IMG/VR virus record: IMGVR_UViG_3300031211_000001
Span: 1-42,807 of that record
Reading direction: 5' to 3' (one strand)
From: a virus
Taxonomy: Duplodnaviria; Caudoviricetes
DNA: 42,807 nt
The translations under genes were made by a program, and so were the position numbers. Below, one piece after another: positions 17,339 through 26,158 of the stretch; positions within the stretch are counted from its first letter, which is position 1, and each line of letters opens with the position of its first letter. A model generated the notes under the pieces. The model made no database searches. It saw only the letters and a list, made by a program, of their open reading frames with translations, and was not told where the DNA came from.

Positions 17339-17639
17339 CACGTTCCCCACACCGCCGCGCGAACGCCACCAGAACGGCGCGGGCGTCCTCCAGGTTGTCG
17401 ATCTTCGCATACTCGTGACCGTAGCGCATAACTTCGTCTCTCCGTCTCTGTTGTATCAACCGCAGGGGCTTCCCGGGGGCTTTGCACTCGACCCACAACA
17501 ACCCCCTGCTGTGGCCCATGATCAGGATGTCGGGCCAACCGACCTCGACGCCAGGGAGCAGAGACAGGCGGACCAGCCGCAGGCCCTGCTCCCTGGCGAC
17601 GCGCTTGACGCGCTGGACGATCCGGCCCTCGGGGGTCAT
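17331..17639 (-). CDS. VRR-NUC domain nuclease
   Basis: E...GWPDILI...WVECKAPGK...Q; ATGA coupling at 17636-17639. Confidence 0.85.
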   Translation of the reverse strand: MTPEGRIVQRVKRVAREQGLRLVRLSLLPGVEVGWPDILIMGHSRGLLWVECKAPGKPLRLIQQRRRDEVMRYGHEYAKIDNLEDARAVLVAFARRCGERDV

Positions 17640-17944
17640 TTTAAACGGTCCCATTGTGTAAGCAGTTTTGGACGGCTTTCAATGTCGTCCAAACCCTGCA
17701 AGATTTCATAATCCGACAAGACGCCTTCCGCCTTGCCGATGGTGTAGGTTTCGTCGCTCATATCCAGATGGCATACATCAAAGTGAGATACTTTCTCCGA
17801 TCCGCCGTGACCGCCAACCAAACGGTTTCCGATGATTTGCTTGTACATATAATACCGCTTGCGCCGCGCACCGATGAAATGAAACACCTTGAGAACGTCA
17901 CCAACTTTCATTGCGCAGCCATGTTTGTCGCGTGTCTCGGTCAT
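17636..17944 (-). CDS. Hypothetical protein (YopX-like N-terminal motif), lower GC
   Basis: RDKHG...KVGDVL; coupled stop/start overlap with VRR-NUC. Confidence 0.55.
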   Translation of the reverse strand: MTETRDKHGCAMKVGDVLKVFHFIGARRKRYYMYKQIIGNRLVGGHGGSEKVSHFDVCHLDMSDETYTIGKAEGVLSDYEILQGLDDIESRPKLLTQWDRLK

Positions 17945-17978
17945 GATTCCTCAATCCTCAGAGGCTTGGTGTTCAGCT

Positions 17979-18692
17979 TCACGACACACCCTCCTGGCAC
18001 GGGCCGCCCTTCTTGGCGGAGAAGTGGCAGAACCTGCACGCGTCCCGCGACGGCTTGGGACGGTACGCCTGATCCGCCTCCATCATCGCCACGTTGGACC
18101 GCCACAGCCCTTGCAGACCGTCGTTGGCCGCAGGGTCGCAGGTGGGGCCGAACATCTGGGCGCGGGTGTAGGTGACGCTCACCGCGTCGCCGTTGTCCAG
18201 ATAGATCAGGTGGCCGGTGAACGTCTGGAGGTCGGGCACCGTCCAGAAGGCGGGCAGTGCGAAAATCTGGATTTGGGCATCGTAAGAGCCATAGGGCTTG
18301 CCAGTTTTCCAGTCCACGGCGTCGAAGTGGTTGCGGTCGGGATCGCGCACCCCGACGTCCCAGATGAACCGCCAGTAAGCGTTCGCCCCGAACCACGACA
18401 CCGGGCGCTGATCACGGTCGAAAGCCATCTGCGCCTCCACCTTGATCAGACCGGCAGGCACGTCGCGCAGACCTTCCGCCAGCGTCTTGAACCGGGCCAG
18501 GCTGGCGGGCAGATCGCGCCGTGTTCCAAGCACGAACTCCTCGGCCTCCTTGTGGATGTCGCGCCCACGCTGCATCGCCGGGCTGGCGGGCTCAGGCAGC
18601 TTGTCGATGTTCTTGTACTTGAACGCGGCGGGACACTTCTCCCACAGCGACCAGCGCGAATAGCTGAACGCGAAATTGAATGGTTTGCTCAT
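17979..18692 (-). CDS. PD-(D/E)XK Cas4/RecB-like exonuclease with four-Cys motif
   Basis: SYSRW..WEKCP, RGRDIH, VE, WD, DWKTGK, Q, C-terminal CRFC...C. Confidence 0.85.
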   Translation of the reverse strand: MSKPFNFAFSYSRWSLWEKCPAAFKYKNIDKLPEPASPAMQRGRDIHKEAEEFVLGTRRDLPASLARFKTLAEGLRDVPAGLIKVEAQMAFDRDQRPVSWFGANAYWRFIWDVGVRDPDRNHFDAVDWKTGKPYGSYDAQIQIFALPAFWTVPDLQTFTGHLIYLDNGDAVSVTYTRAQMFGPTCDPAANDGLQGLWRSNVAMMEADQAYRPKPSRDACRFCHFSAKKGGPCQEGVS

Positions 18693-19060
18693 TTGTATGC
18701 CTTTCCTGTCCGGATCATCCTGATAAGCGACGAGGAGCACCCCTCCGCTGCGGCCAAGGCCCTTGACGGCACCGACGACGCGCGGATGGCCGCGATCTGA
18801 TCGGGCGTGAACCTGTTGCGCGTCTGGCGCACCTTCGTGATCGGTCGGGGGAACTTACCCTCGGCCTGCATCGCGGCGAACACACGCCGCGCCTTCGCGG
18901 TCTCCAACCGCCGCGTCGCCCGCACGGTGTTAGAACACACGCCCAGAAGCCGGGACATCTCCACGGCGTCGCACGTAGAGCGCAGGATGACCTTCACCTC
19001 CCAGTCCACCATGCGGTGGGGACGCGGGCCGGGCGGCCGGGCCTTGGGTTCAACTCTCAC
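18689..19060 (-). CDS. Two-HTH DNA-binding protein
   Basis: VEMSRLLGVCSNTVR and RALAAAEGCSSSLIRMIRTGKAY. Confidence 0.6.
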   Translation of the reverse strand: MRVEPKARPPGPRPHRMVDWEVKVILRSTCDAVEMSRLLGVCSNTVRATRRLETAKARRVFAAMQAEGKFPRPITKVRQTRNRFTPDQIAAIRASSVPSRALAAAEGCSSSLIRMIRTGKAYK

Positions 19061-20949
19061 AGGTCTTTCCTCTCGGTCATCTCACCCCAGTTGGCTCCGC
19101 TTTCCGCATCGGTTTTCATCGCCACGCGGAACTTGACGCCCTCCATGGCGCGCGCCATCAACCGCGACTGTTCGTCAGCGATCCCGGCGGGGCTGGAGAT
19201 CACGATCTCGTCGTAGGGCGCCACAAGGAACCGGCTCTTGAACTCGGGATCCTCGAACATCGCCAGCATCGCCCGCTTGGTCTGATCGGCGGCGGACCCC
19301 TGGATCAGATAGTTGATCAGGATATAATCGGAGTCGCCCGTGCGCCCGTCCTTCTGTTTCTTCAACGGTGGCCGGACATAGAGCCTGCCGCCATAGGTGC
19401 GGATGGCGCCGCCCGTGCGGACGATCTTCGACAACTCGGTGGCCAGTATCTTCCGCCCCGGCAAAGCGGAGTCGTGGAACGCCTTGTAGCGTCGCGCCTC
19501 GGCGTAGGTGCAGCGCAGCTTTGCCTGTGCGGCAGGCACACCGCCCCCGTACAGCGCCTGGAAGTTCAACACCTTGATCGAGGTCCGGCCCAACACCTGC
19601 CCGGTCATCTGGGTGATGTTTCCACCGACGAAATCATGCACGTCCAGATCGGGATTGCGCGCGAACTCGGCTTGCAGGGCGCCGTGTTCGTAATGGCCGA
19701 ATATCCGCATCTCCTGGCCCGAGAAGTCGCGCCCGTTCAGGACGTGCCCCTCGTCCGCGATGATGTAGCGGCGCACCAGCGGCAACGCGGGAAGGCCGGT
19801 CAGGTGGGCGGGGTGGATGTACCCGTCGCCCTTGTCGTCGAACGACTTGGACATGTTCAGAAGGTTGTGATTGTTGGTCGAGAAACGTCCGGTCCGGGTT
19901 CCACCGTCCGGTGACGACACCTGGTTCCAGTTCGTGCCGATCCGACCGTTCCACACCCGCGCCTGTTTCAGCCACGGCTCCATGAACATCGAGAGGCACG
20001 TCTTGAGGCGGTTGCGATACCCCAGTGCGCTGGCCACCTCGGGGTCGCTGAACATGTCGGGCGTCAGGCTGTCCTTGGCGGTTGACCGCTTGCCCGTCTT
20101 GGTCTTGGCGAACGTGCTGACGATCCCCAGCCGCTCCAGATAGTCCGCCACGTCCTGATCGGCGTCGAAGTTCAGGCCGGGTGCCATAAGCCGCCAGCGC
20201 AGCCAGTCCTCGACCATCCTGAACCAATGGGTGTACTCTGCCGTCTCGCGCTCCAGTCGCTCGACATCGACGCGCAGGCCGACGCGCTCGTTCTCCATCA
20301 GGTGGGGAAGCAGTCGCCGCTCGACGTCATAGGACTCCTGCATCCCGCTGGTCTGTACCGCTGGCATCATCACCTGGAACAGGCGCCAGGTGCGCTCGAC
20401 GTCACCGATGGCGTAAGGTCCGACGATCTCGGCGGGGACAAAGGCGATCCACGCCCCGGCGTTTGTCTTGGTGGGGTTCGTCGGCTTGCCGTCCGGCTTG
20501 TTCATGAACTCGAAACGGGGCAGCGTCGCCTTGTTGGCCAGCACCCACTCCGCCACGGCGTCCTGTTCATCCGGCGGCATCCCCAGCCACGTCACAGCCA
20601 GCTGTTTCAGGCCAAGGGAACGAGAGTATGGGTCCAAGAGGAAGGCGAGGAACATCGTGTCGTGAACGCGCTCCCACGGCAGCACAGGCAGGCCCAGCCG
20701 CTCGTAGGCCACGGCTGTGTCGAACCGGGCGTGATGGAACACGATGGGGAGGGTGTCGGCCCATATATGCTCCAGAGCGCGCACGGCGTCCTCGCGAGTG
20801 CAGTTGTTCCCGCTGGGGTGGCCCCATGCCATGTAAATGGAATGACCCTCTGGCGTTCGGATCGCCACACCGACCGGGTCGGGCGGGTAGTGTCCCGGCC
20901 TCGGCCCGATCGGCAGCGTCTCGAAATCGACTGTCCAGAGCGGTATCAC
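19057..20949 (-). CDS. DNA polymerase family A with 3'-5' exonuclease
   Basis: ExoI DFET, ExoII HARFD, ExoIII YAIGD; RTGRFS; motif A DFSGQEMR, B KVLNFQALYG, C YDEI; GTGA coupling at 20946-20949. Confidence 0.93.
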   Translation of the reverse strand: MIPLWTVDFETLPIGPRPGHYPPDPVGVAIRTPEGHSIYMAWGHPSGNNCTREDAVRALEHIWADTLPIVFHHARFDTAVAYERLGLPVLPWERVHDTMFLAFLLDPYSRSLGLKQLAVTWLGMPPDEQDAVAEWVLANKATLPRFEFMNKPDGKPTNPTKTNAGAWIAFVPAEIVGPYAIGDVERTWRLFQVMMPAVQTSGMQESYDVERRLLPHLMENERVGLRVDVERLERETAEYTHWFRMVEDWLRWRLMAPGLNFDADQDVADYLERLGIVSTFAKTKTGKRSTAKDSLTPDMFSDPEVASALGYRNRLKTCLSMFMEPWLKQARVWNGRIGTNWNQVSSPDGGTRTGRFSTNNHNLLNMSKSFDDKGDGYIHPAHLTGLPALPLVRRYIIADEGHVLNGRDFSGQEMRIFGHYEHGALQAEFARNPDLDVHDFVGGNITQMTGQVLGRTSIKVLNFQALYGGGVPAAQAKLRCTYAEARRYKAFHDSALPGRKILATELSKIVRTGGAIRTYGGRLYVRPPLKKQKDGRTGDSDYILINYLIQGSAADQTKRAMLAMFEDPEFKSRFLVAPYDEIVISSPAGIADEQSRLMARAMEGVKFRVAMKTDAESGANWGEMTERKDL

Positions 20950-21149
20950 GGCTTCCTCGGCTTCGCCTGTTCGAAGCAATAGGCGCTAGAGTCGGCTTCC
21001 TCTTTGTCTGCTTCGTTGCACACAGCGCCAAGGATTTCCGAAAGCCAGCGAAGCTGTGTACTTAGCAGCGCCACCTCGTCCGCTGGAACGATCACGTCGC
21101 CGTTGCGTTTCTTGCGGTACACTCTGCGCACCTTCTCCACCGGCGTCAT
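20946..21149 (-). CDS. Hypothetical protein
   Basis: ATGA and GTGA overlaps with both neighbours. Confidence 0.55.
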   Translation of the reverse strand: MTPVEKVRRVYRKKRNGDVIVPADEVALLSTQLRWLSEILGAVCNEADKEEADSSAYCFEQAKPRKP

Positions 21150-21979
21150 CGCTGCGCCCCATAGAACCCGCCGCCTTGGACTGGCGCGTTCTGCTGGTTG
21201 TTATAACCCTGTTGGGCCTTCTGCTGGGGAGGCTGAAAACCTTCCATGATCTCGCCCTGCGCCTCCTGTTGGCGCTTGAAGATCGTGGGCGCCCACTCGT
21301 CGGGCACGGGCGCGATGATGTCGAAACCCACCGCCTCTTTCCCGTGCTTCTCGTGGGCGTAGCCATAGACGCGGGCGATTACGCCGAACGGCGGCCGCTG
21401 GTACTCGGCGGCGGCCTGGCGGATCAGGCGGCCCCAGTTCTTCGCGCTGGTCGGCGCAATCGACAAGGTAAGCAAGGCCGACGACGCATAGTGGTTCAAG
21501 TCCATGATCGGCACCAGCTGGCCCTGCGGGTACACCCCACACATGAGCAGGAGCAGGCGGCGGCGGTTGCCACAGGCTTTCCCCTCGCCCTGGCGGGCGG
21601 AGCCGAACACGTTCTGCGGACAGGCGCTGCACCGATCTGCCTGCGCCCGGAAGTAACTCATGTCCTTCGCCATGTCTGGGTGGGGCACCATCTCCATCTC
21701 GGACCGGCCCACGGCGTAGCAGGTGGGTGGCAGGATCACGTTCGGGTTGTAGGCCGTGCCGTAGAACGTGTTCACATGGGCGGCGTCGAGGATGATCGCC
21801 GCGAACTGGTTGCCGGGGATGATCTGATCGCCCAACGACATCACGCCGTTGTTGATCTTGATCGACTGGCCGCTGACCGGCTCGGACTCGGTGTATGCCT
21901 GCGCGTAGCGGGCGTACATGTCCTGCATGTCCTGCGGGTTTGAGGGCAGTTGATTGCCCTGGGTGGTGGGTACGTTCAT
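21146..21979 (-). CDS. Putative ssDNA-binding/annealing protein with Cys cluster
   Basis: PTCYA...CSACPQNVFGS...GKACGNRRRL motif typical of SSB-like proteins next to phage PolA; Q-rich tail ending FYGAQR. Confidence 0.6.
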   Translation of the reverse strand: MNVPTTQGNQLPSNPQDMQDMYARYAQAYTESEPVSGQSIKINNGVMSLGDQIIPGNQFAAIILDAAHVNTFYGTAYNPNVILPPTCYAVGRSEMEMVPHPDMAKDMSYFRAQADRCSACPQNVFGSARQGEGKACGNRRRLLLLMCGVYPQGQLVPIMDLNHYASSALLTLSIAPTSAKNWGRLIRQAAAEYQRPPFGVIARVYGYAHEKHGKEAVGFDIIAPVPDEWAPTIFKRQQEAQGEIMEGFQPPQQKAQQGYNNQQNAPVQGGGFYGAQR

Positions 21980-22122
21980 TTGGTTTGCTCCTTGTCAGCG
22001 CGCTCGATCTGGCGCAGCGTTTCGTCTGTCTGCCGCTTGTCGCCGTGGCGCTCGGCAAGCGCGCGGTCCTCGGCCTCCTGACGCAGCCGGTCGTCCACAT
22101 ACTCGAAGAAACTATCGGCCAT
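21976..22122 (-). CDS. Small charged hypothetical protein (48 aa, missing from the ORF track)
   Basis: MADSFFEYVDDRLRQEAEDRALAERHGDKRQTDETLRQIERADKEQTK; TGATG and ATGA couplings at its two ends. Confidence 0.7.
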   Translation of the reverse strand: MADSFFEYVDDRLRQEAEDRALAERHGDKRQTDETLRQIERADKEQTK

Positions 22123-22547
22123 CACGTCACCTTCGAGAACGACAACGCGTCCATCTCGAAGGTCTCCACGCCGGGCGGGAGCCAGTCAGGGTGTCCGGCC
22201 GCCTTGGCCTGCTCCAGCAACTCCTTCAAGGCCGTGTCGCTCAGGCGCTTCTGGAGCAACTCGAACGAACCCTGCTCGCGCACATAGGCGTGAAACAACT
22301 CCCAGTTCTTGGCGTTGTAGAAGGTCTTTTTGACCATCTGGACGCGGTATTTCTCGCCCGACGCGCCGCTGTCCGGGCTCTCGCTCAGTGCGGACAGGAT
22401 CATCTTGTGGATCTCTGTCTCGCGGTCCTTGACCTCGCCAGCGGCCTTTTCCATCGCCAGGCGCAACTCGCGCGCCTCGGAATAGAGGTCTGTCAGGGCG
22501 CCGATGCTGTTCGGCACGGGTCCGCCCTTCGTGAATTTCTCGTGCAT
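22122..22547 (-). CDS. Phage replication-module hypothetical protein (coiled coil)
   Basis: GAGGAG RBS; NWELFHAYV...FELLQKRLS...PPGVETF. Confidence 0.7.
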   Translation of the reverse strand: MHEKFTKGGPVPNSIGALTDLYSEARELRLAMEKAAGEVKDRETEIHKMILSALSESPDSGASGEKYRVQMVKKTFYNAKNWELFHAYVREQGSFELLQKRLSDTALKELLEQAKAAGHPDWLPPGVETFEMDALSFSKVT

Positions 22548-22566
22548 GGTATTCTCCTCGGTTAAG

Positions 22567-22604
22567 TGTCAATAGTAACATCGTGATCGGGGGGTGTCAA
22601 TAGT
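22567..22604 (-). promoter_or_regulatory. Sigma70-like promoter with ACTATTGACA direct repeats
   Basis: TTGACA-N17-TACTAT; ACTATTGACAC occurs twice 28 bp apart; followed by GAGGAG and ATG 22547. Confidence 0.8.
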
Positions 22605-22855
22605 TATCTGTCGTCCCGTTTCTCGATCAGGCTCAGGATTTCCGACGTCTTGAAGATCGCGACGCAAGAATAACCTTGCGCCGTCTCGCTCACGTTGCAG
22701 ATGTACCCTTTGGGGCCGCCACGACTCCCAAGCATGTTCACACGGCTGCCCTTGGGCAGGCGCTTCAACGGTAGGGTCAGATAGATGTGTGCGACCGGCT
22801 TGCCGTCCAACGGGTTGATCGCACTGCAAAGCGCCCGGAGTTCGCTGATCTTCAT
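22604..22855 (-). CDS. Hypothetical protein
   Basis: ATGA overlap with the primase stop; GAGG RBS; MKISELRALC... Confidence 0.6.
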   Translation of the reverse strand: MKISELRALCSAINPLDGKPVAHIYLTLPLKRLPKGSRVNMLGSRGGPKGYICNVSETAQGYSCVAIFKTSEILSLIEKRDDR

Positions 22856-24978
22856 TTGAACCTCGATGTTGGTTTGAATGTGCCCATACCGTGCATGTGG
22901 GCGTTGAACTCCTCTTGGCTCATGGCCTTCGGATAGCCTGCCCCCGGGCACACGATCAGGAACGTCTGTTTGCGTCCTTTCCACATGAACCCATCTTCGT
23001 CGTCGGTGTTGCGCAGGAAATAAATCCCGTTGTTGCGCAGGGCGGTGGAGACCTTCCCCGGCACGGCGGCGCTGGAATACTGGCGCGTGGCGCCCTGTAG
23101 ATCGCGCAGCATGTGGGGGAACATCACGCACAACTCGTCGGCGGTGTACCATGGCCGGATCGGGAACGCCTGGATCGACGCCAGTATCTCGTTGGCCTGC
23201 GCCGCGTCGTTGCCGTTGGGGCTGGCGAGGGTGGACAAGGCCCACTGTTCGGCGGTGCGCAGCCACATATCAACCACGTTGGCGTTGCTTGTCACCATGT
23301 CGCGCGCCAGCTTCTGGAAGGGGCTCAGGCTCTCCTCATAGGCCATCCGCTTCTCGGCGGTGCGGGGCGCGGCCACCGGCGGGCGCCATCCTTCGAGGTC
23401 GTAATTCAGGAAATAGTGATAGAGGGCTGGACCGGCCAAGCCGGAGCGGAACCAGTCCCAGATGGGGCCATAGAACTCGTCGCCCCGGTCAATGGGTGGG
23501 CAGCCCACCACAAGGAACCGGCGGTCGTCATGGGCAAAGGCGCCAGCGTCGCGGTAGTTGGACGTGAATATGAGTAAGGCATAGTTCGAAACCTCTCTGT
23601 TTTTGAGGTATTTCTCATGGCGTTCGATCTTCGGCTCGCTTATCCATGTCCGCAACGTCTCGATGTTCGCCCGCATCTGGCGGGTATGCACGTCGTCAAT
23701 CGTGACCAGTAGCCCCTTTTCAAGAAACCCGTTCCAGTCCTGCGCCACGTCCTTGCCGTTGCGACTGGCGCCGTACTCACCAAACGCCAGACGGGACAGA
23801 CCGGCCCAGACGCTCTTGCCGCTCCCCTGCTCCCCGATCAACATGATGGCCAGAGGTATCTTATAGGTCGGGTGTTGCGTCTTGTAGGCCAGCAGCTTCA
23901 CCGGCCAGTCCCAGCCATCGCCCAGAGTGTCGCGGAAAAGCCATTCGGTCAAAGTCAGATACAGGCTCACGTCGCCCGCTATGCAGGTCTGCTCCTGCCA
24001 ACTGTTCAGGTAGGTCTGGCCGTCCTGCGCCACCACTTCATCCCCACCGGGCAGAAACAGGGTGTTGGCGTAGCGCCGGGCCATGGGGTGGACCAGCCAA
24101 GCGTCGGCCACCTTGGCCATCTTGACGCCTTTGCCGTCCTGGATAGGTACTTTCAGGGTGGAGTACCGGGATCCGGTGATGAAGCTGTCCTTTCGGATCA
24201 GGTTCCCGGTTTTCATCTCAATCACCTTCTCCTCGCCGTCGAGCCATGCGACCTCGTTGTTCAACTCCAGAACCCGCAGGTCCATGTCGGTCAGCGATCG
24301 CGCGCTCTGTAGGGCGGACAGGAATACCTCGGCGCCTTGGGCGGCAATGAAGTCATCCGCGCCCTGCTTCTCGCCCGATAGGGACGGTGGCAGGCGGCAG
24401 GTGTGGACAATGGCCTTCTGGCGCAGCAGCCATTCGGCAAGGCGGGCCTCGGCCAGCTGGACGCCGGGCTTGGTGTCGATGTCGCTATCGAACACGATGA
24501 ACACGCGCCGCCGCGCCCACGCTGTCTCTGCCATGATCGCAAGCGGCGTCTTGTGATCGGCCCACATGAACACGCCGCCAAGGCCCAGAGTGGGAAGGCC
24601 GGTGTTGGCCATGACAGACGTCGCCTTGATCTCGCCCTCAGTAATCACGATAGGCTGATCTGTATTCGCCAGTGTCGCCCGCCAGTCGTGGCCCTGGACG
24701 CGGGGCAGATAGATATGGGGCTCGGATCCTTTCGGCTGTTGGTAGCGGATCGCCCGCTTGCGCAGCCCACCCACCTCAGGCGGATCGAAATAGCGAACGC
24801 GGGCGAACCCGTTGACTGCGCCGTCTATCGTCAGGTAGGGGATAACCAGCGCCGGGCGGGGGAAGAACCCCGGATCGACGTGGCGGGCGTCGGCGGTGAT
24901 GGTCAGGTGAGTGAACGCCGCCACGTCGCCGGTGACGGCGCGCTCCGTGATGTATTCGACGGCTCTCTCGATGCTCAC
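22852..24978 (-). CDS. Primase-helicase: TOPRIM-like DUF3854 domain plus P-loop NTPase (DUF5906/D5-like)
   Basis: ITEGEIKA, GLGGV, VFDSD, KQGADDF; Walker A GEQGSGKS, Walker B TIDD, FTSN, DDRRF; GAGGAG RBS. Confidence 0.85.
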   Translation of the reverse strand: MSIERAVEYITERAVTGDVAAFTHLTITADARHVDPGFFPRPALVIPYLTIDGAVNGFARVRYFDPPEVGGLRKRAIRYQQPKGSEPHIYLPRVQGHDWRATLANTDQPIVITEGEIKATSVMANTGLPTLGLGGVFMWADHKTPLAIMAETAWARRRVFIVFDSDIDTKPGVQLAEARLAEWLLRQKAIVHTCRLPPSLSGEKQGADDFIAAQGAEVFLSALQSARSLTDMDLRVLELNNEVAWLDGEEKVIEMKTGNLIRKDSFITGSRYSTLKVPIQDGKGVKMAKVADAWLVHPMARRYANTLFLPGGDEVVAQDGQTYLNSWQEQTCIAGDVSLYLTLTEWLFRDTLGDGWDWPVKLLAYKTQHPTYKIPLAIMLIGEQGSGKSVWAGLSRLAFGEYGASRNGKDVAQDWNGFLEKGLLVTIDDVHTRQMRANIETLRTWISEPKIERHEKYLKNREVSNYALLIFTSNYRDAGAFAHDDRRFLVVGCPPIDRGDEFYGPIWDWFRSGLAGPALYHYFLNYDLEGWRPPVAAPRTAEKRMAYEESLSPFQKLARDMVTSNANVVDMWLRTAEQWALSTLASPNGNDAAQANEILASIQAFPIRPWYTADELCVMFPHMLRDLQGATRQYSSAAVPGKVSTALRNNGIYFLRNTDDEDGFMWKGRKQTFLIVCPGAGYPKAMSQEEFNAHMHGMGTFKPTSRFK

Positions 24979-25025
24979 ATTTTTCTCCTCGGTCCGACAG
25001 GTCTAGGCGCTCGGGGTGGGGTGGG

Positions 25026-25241
25026 TCAAGCCGTCAGCACCAGAACGACGACGACAGCGAGGATCGCGTTGCCCCACAGGACCACGCGGGCGCGTCTGAT
25101 CCACCGCGCTTCACGTTCAGGGCGCTGGGTTTTGAGTGAGATGTAAACCCCGTGTAGCAGGGTCGTCTTGTCCAGCGTCGCCTGTGAGCAGCCATTGCGG
25201 CGCAGGTGGGCGAGGTGTGCCGATAAGTTGGGGTCGATCAT
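25026..25241 (-). CDS. Hypothetical protein with C-terminal TM helix
   Basis: AAGGAG RBS; VVLWGNAILAVVVVLVLTA. Confidence 0.6.
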   Translation of the reverse strand: MIDPNLSAHLAHLRRNGCSQATLDKTTLLHGVYISLKTQRPEREARWIRRARVVLWGNAILAVVVVLVLTA

Positions 25242-25249
25242 GGTCTCGG

Positions 25250-25272
25250 TCTCCTTTTGAATGATGGGGTAG
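25250..25272 (-). repeat. 23-bp direct repeat, copy 1 (CTACCCCATCATTCAAAAGGAGA)
   Basis: Identical to 25889-25911; contains the RBS. Confidence 0.9.
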
Positions 25273-25274
25273 GG

Positions 25275-25880
25275 TTAGGCGGCGTTGCACAGCGCAATCA
25301 ACGTGTTGCGCTGGCGAAGTCGGGCGGCGGCATGGGCGGCGGCATCGGCGGCGACGACATAGGCGGCGGCATAGGCGGCACGGGCGACATGGGCGGGCCA
25401 TTCTTGGCCGCTGGCCAGCAAATCCACGCCTTCAATAACTGGATCAATTACCGCCTGCACCGCGTCTGTCGTTTTAGGAATCGCCCGCAATTCAGCAGCA
25501 AGAAACGCCCAATGGACCAAGCTCAAGTCCTTGCCGTCGCGGCCAACCGCATCCCCAAACGCTACCGCGAAATCGGTCTTGTCTTTTGTCGTTGGCATCG
25601 CTTTAAAAATGTTTTCGGCAATTCGTGTCAGCGCAACTGGAATACCGTAGATGTCAGCGATCTTTCCGGGGTCGTTGCTCTGAACGTGGCACCCGATAAA
25701 ACACGCCTGCCCCGTGTCTCTGTTATAGTATTCATCGCCGATAAACAGATCAGCGGCGGCGTGTTCAGCAATCCGCAGCCTGAAGGCTTCAATGTTGTGG
25801 GTCAGCATGGTGTCAGTCTCCTGTTGGGGGGTGGCGGTGAGATGCGCGGCAAGCGCGATGGTGGCGATGGTGGTTTTCAT
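25275..25880 (-). CDS. Hypothetical protein, lower GC
   Basis: RBS in the repeat; second in-frame AGGAG/ATG at 25808; ACFIGC and YGIP...IAENIF motifs. Confidence 0.65.
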   Translation of the reverse strand: MKTTIATIALAAHLTATPQQETDTMLTHNIEAFRLRIAEHAAADLFIGDEYYNRDTGQACFIGCHVQSNDPGKIADIYGIPVALTRIAENIFKAMPTTKDKTDFAVAFGDAVGRDGKDLSLVHWAFLAAELRAIPKTTDAVQAVIDPVIEGVDLLASGQEWPAHVARAAYAAAYVVAADAAAHAAARLRQRNTLIALCNAA

Positions 25881-25884
25881 GGGT

Positions 25885-26106
25885 TTAATCTCCTTTTGAA
25901 TGATGGGGTAGCCAGTAAACCTGCACCTTGGACACCTCCGCCTGGGCCAGGTCTTTTGACCAGGCCAGATGGTAGATGGTCCTGCGCACGCGCTCGGCGC
26001 ACATGGGAACGCGCCGGGCGATGTCGTTCAGCGTGCGCTCCCTGCCATCGGCCATAGCCTCCAGCACCGCGTCCGCGCACGGCTCGTCGAGAATGTAGGA
26101 TGTCAT
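25885..26106 (-). CDS. Small winged-HTH-like protein
   Basis: VLEAMADGRERTLNDIARRV...ERVRRTIYHL; GGAG RBS and its own promoter. Confidence 0.6.
   Translation of the reverse strand: MTSYILDEPCADAVLEAMADGRERTLNDIARRVPMCAERVRRTIYHLAWSKDLAQAEVSKVQVYWLPHHSKGD
25889..25911 (-). repeat. 23-bp direct repeat, copy 2
   Basis: Identical to 25250-25272. Confidence 0.9.
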
Positions 26107-26129
26107 TGGCGTCTCCGTCTCCGGTTTTG

Positions 26130-26158
26130 AGGCTAAGCGTCCGTTGACGCCCTGTCAA
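26130..26158 (-). promoter_or_regulatory. Sigma70-like promoter overlapped by a palindrome
   Basis: TTGACA-N17-TAGCCT; TTGAC-N5-GTCAA inverted repeat covers the -35. Confidence 0.65.

Noticed and set aside
17941-17982. 13-codon mini-ORF linking the nuclease and YopX-like genes
   Set aside because: It has GTGA/ATGA overlaps but is too short to support as a gene; possibly an insertion scar
12397-20949. Complete 2-aminoadenine (Z-genome) pathway
   Set aside because: No PurZ/adenylosuccinate synthetase-like or MazZ-like ORF is visible, and an adenine methylase is present
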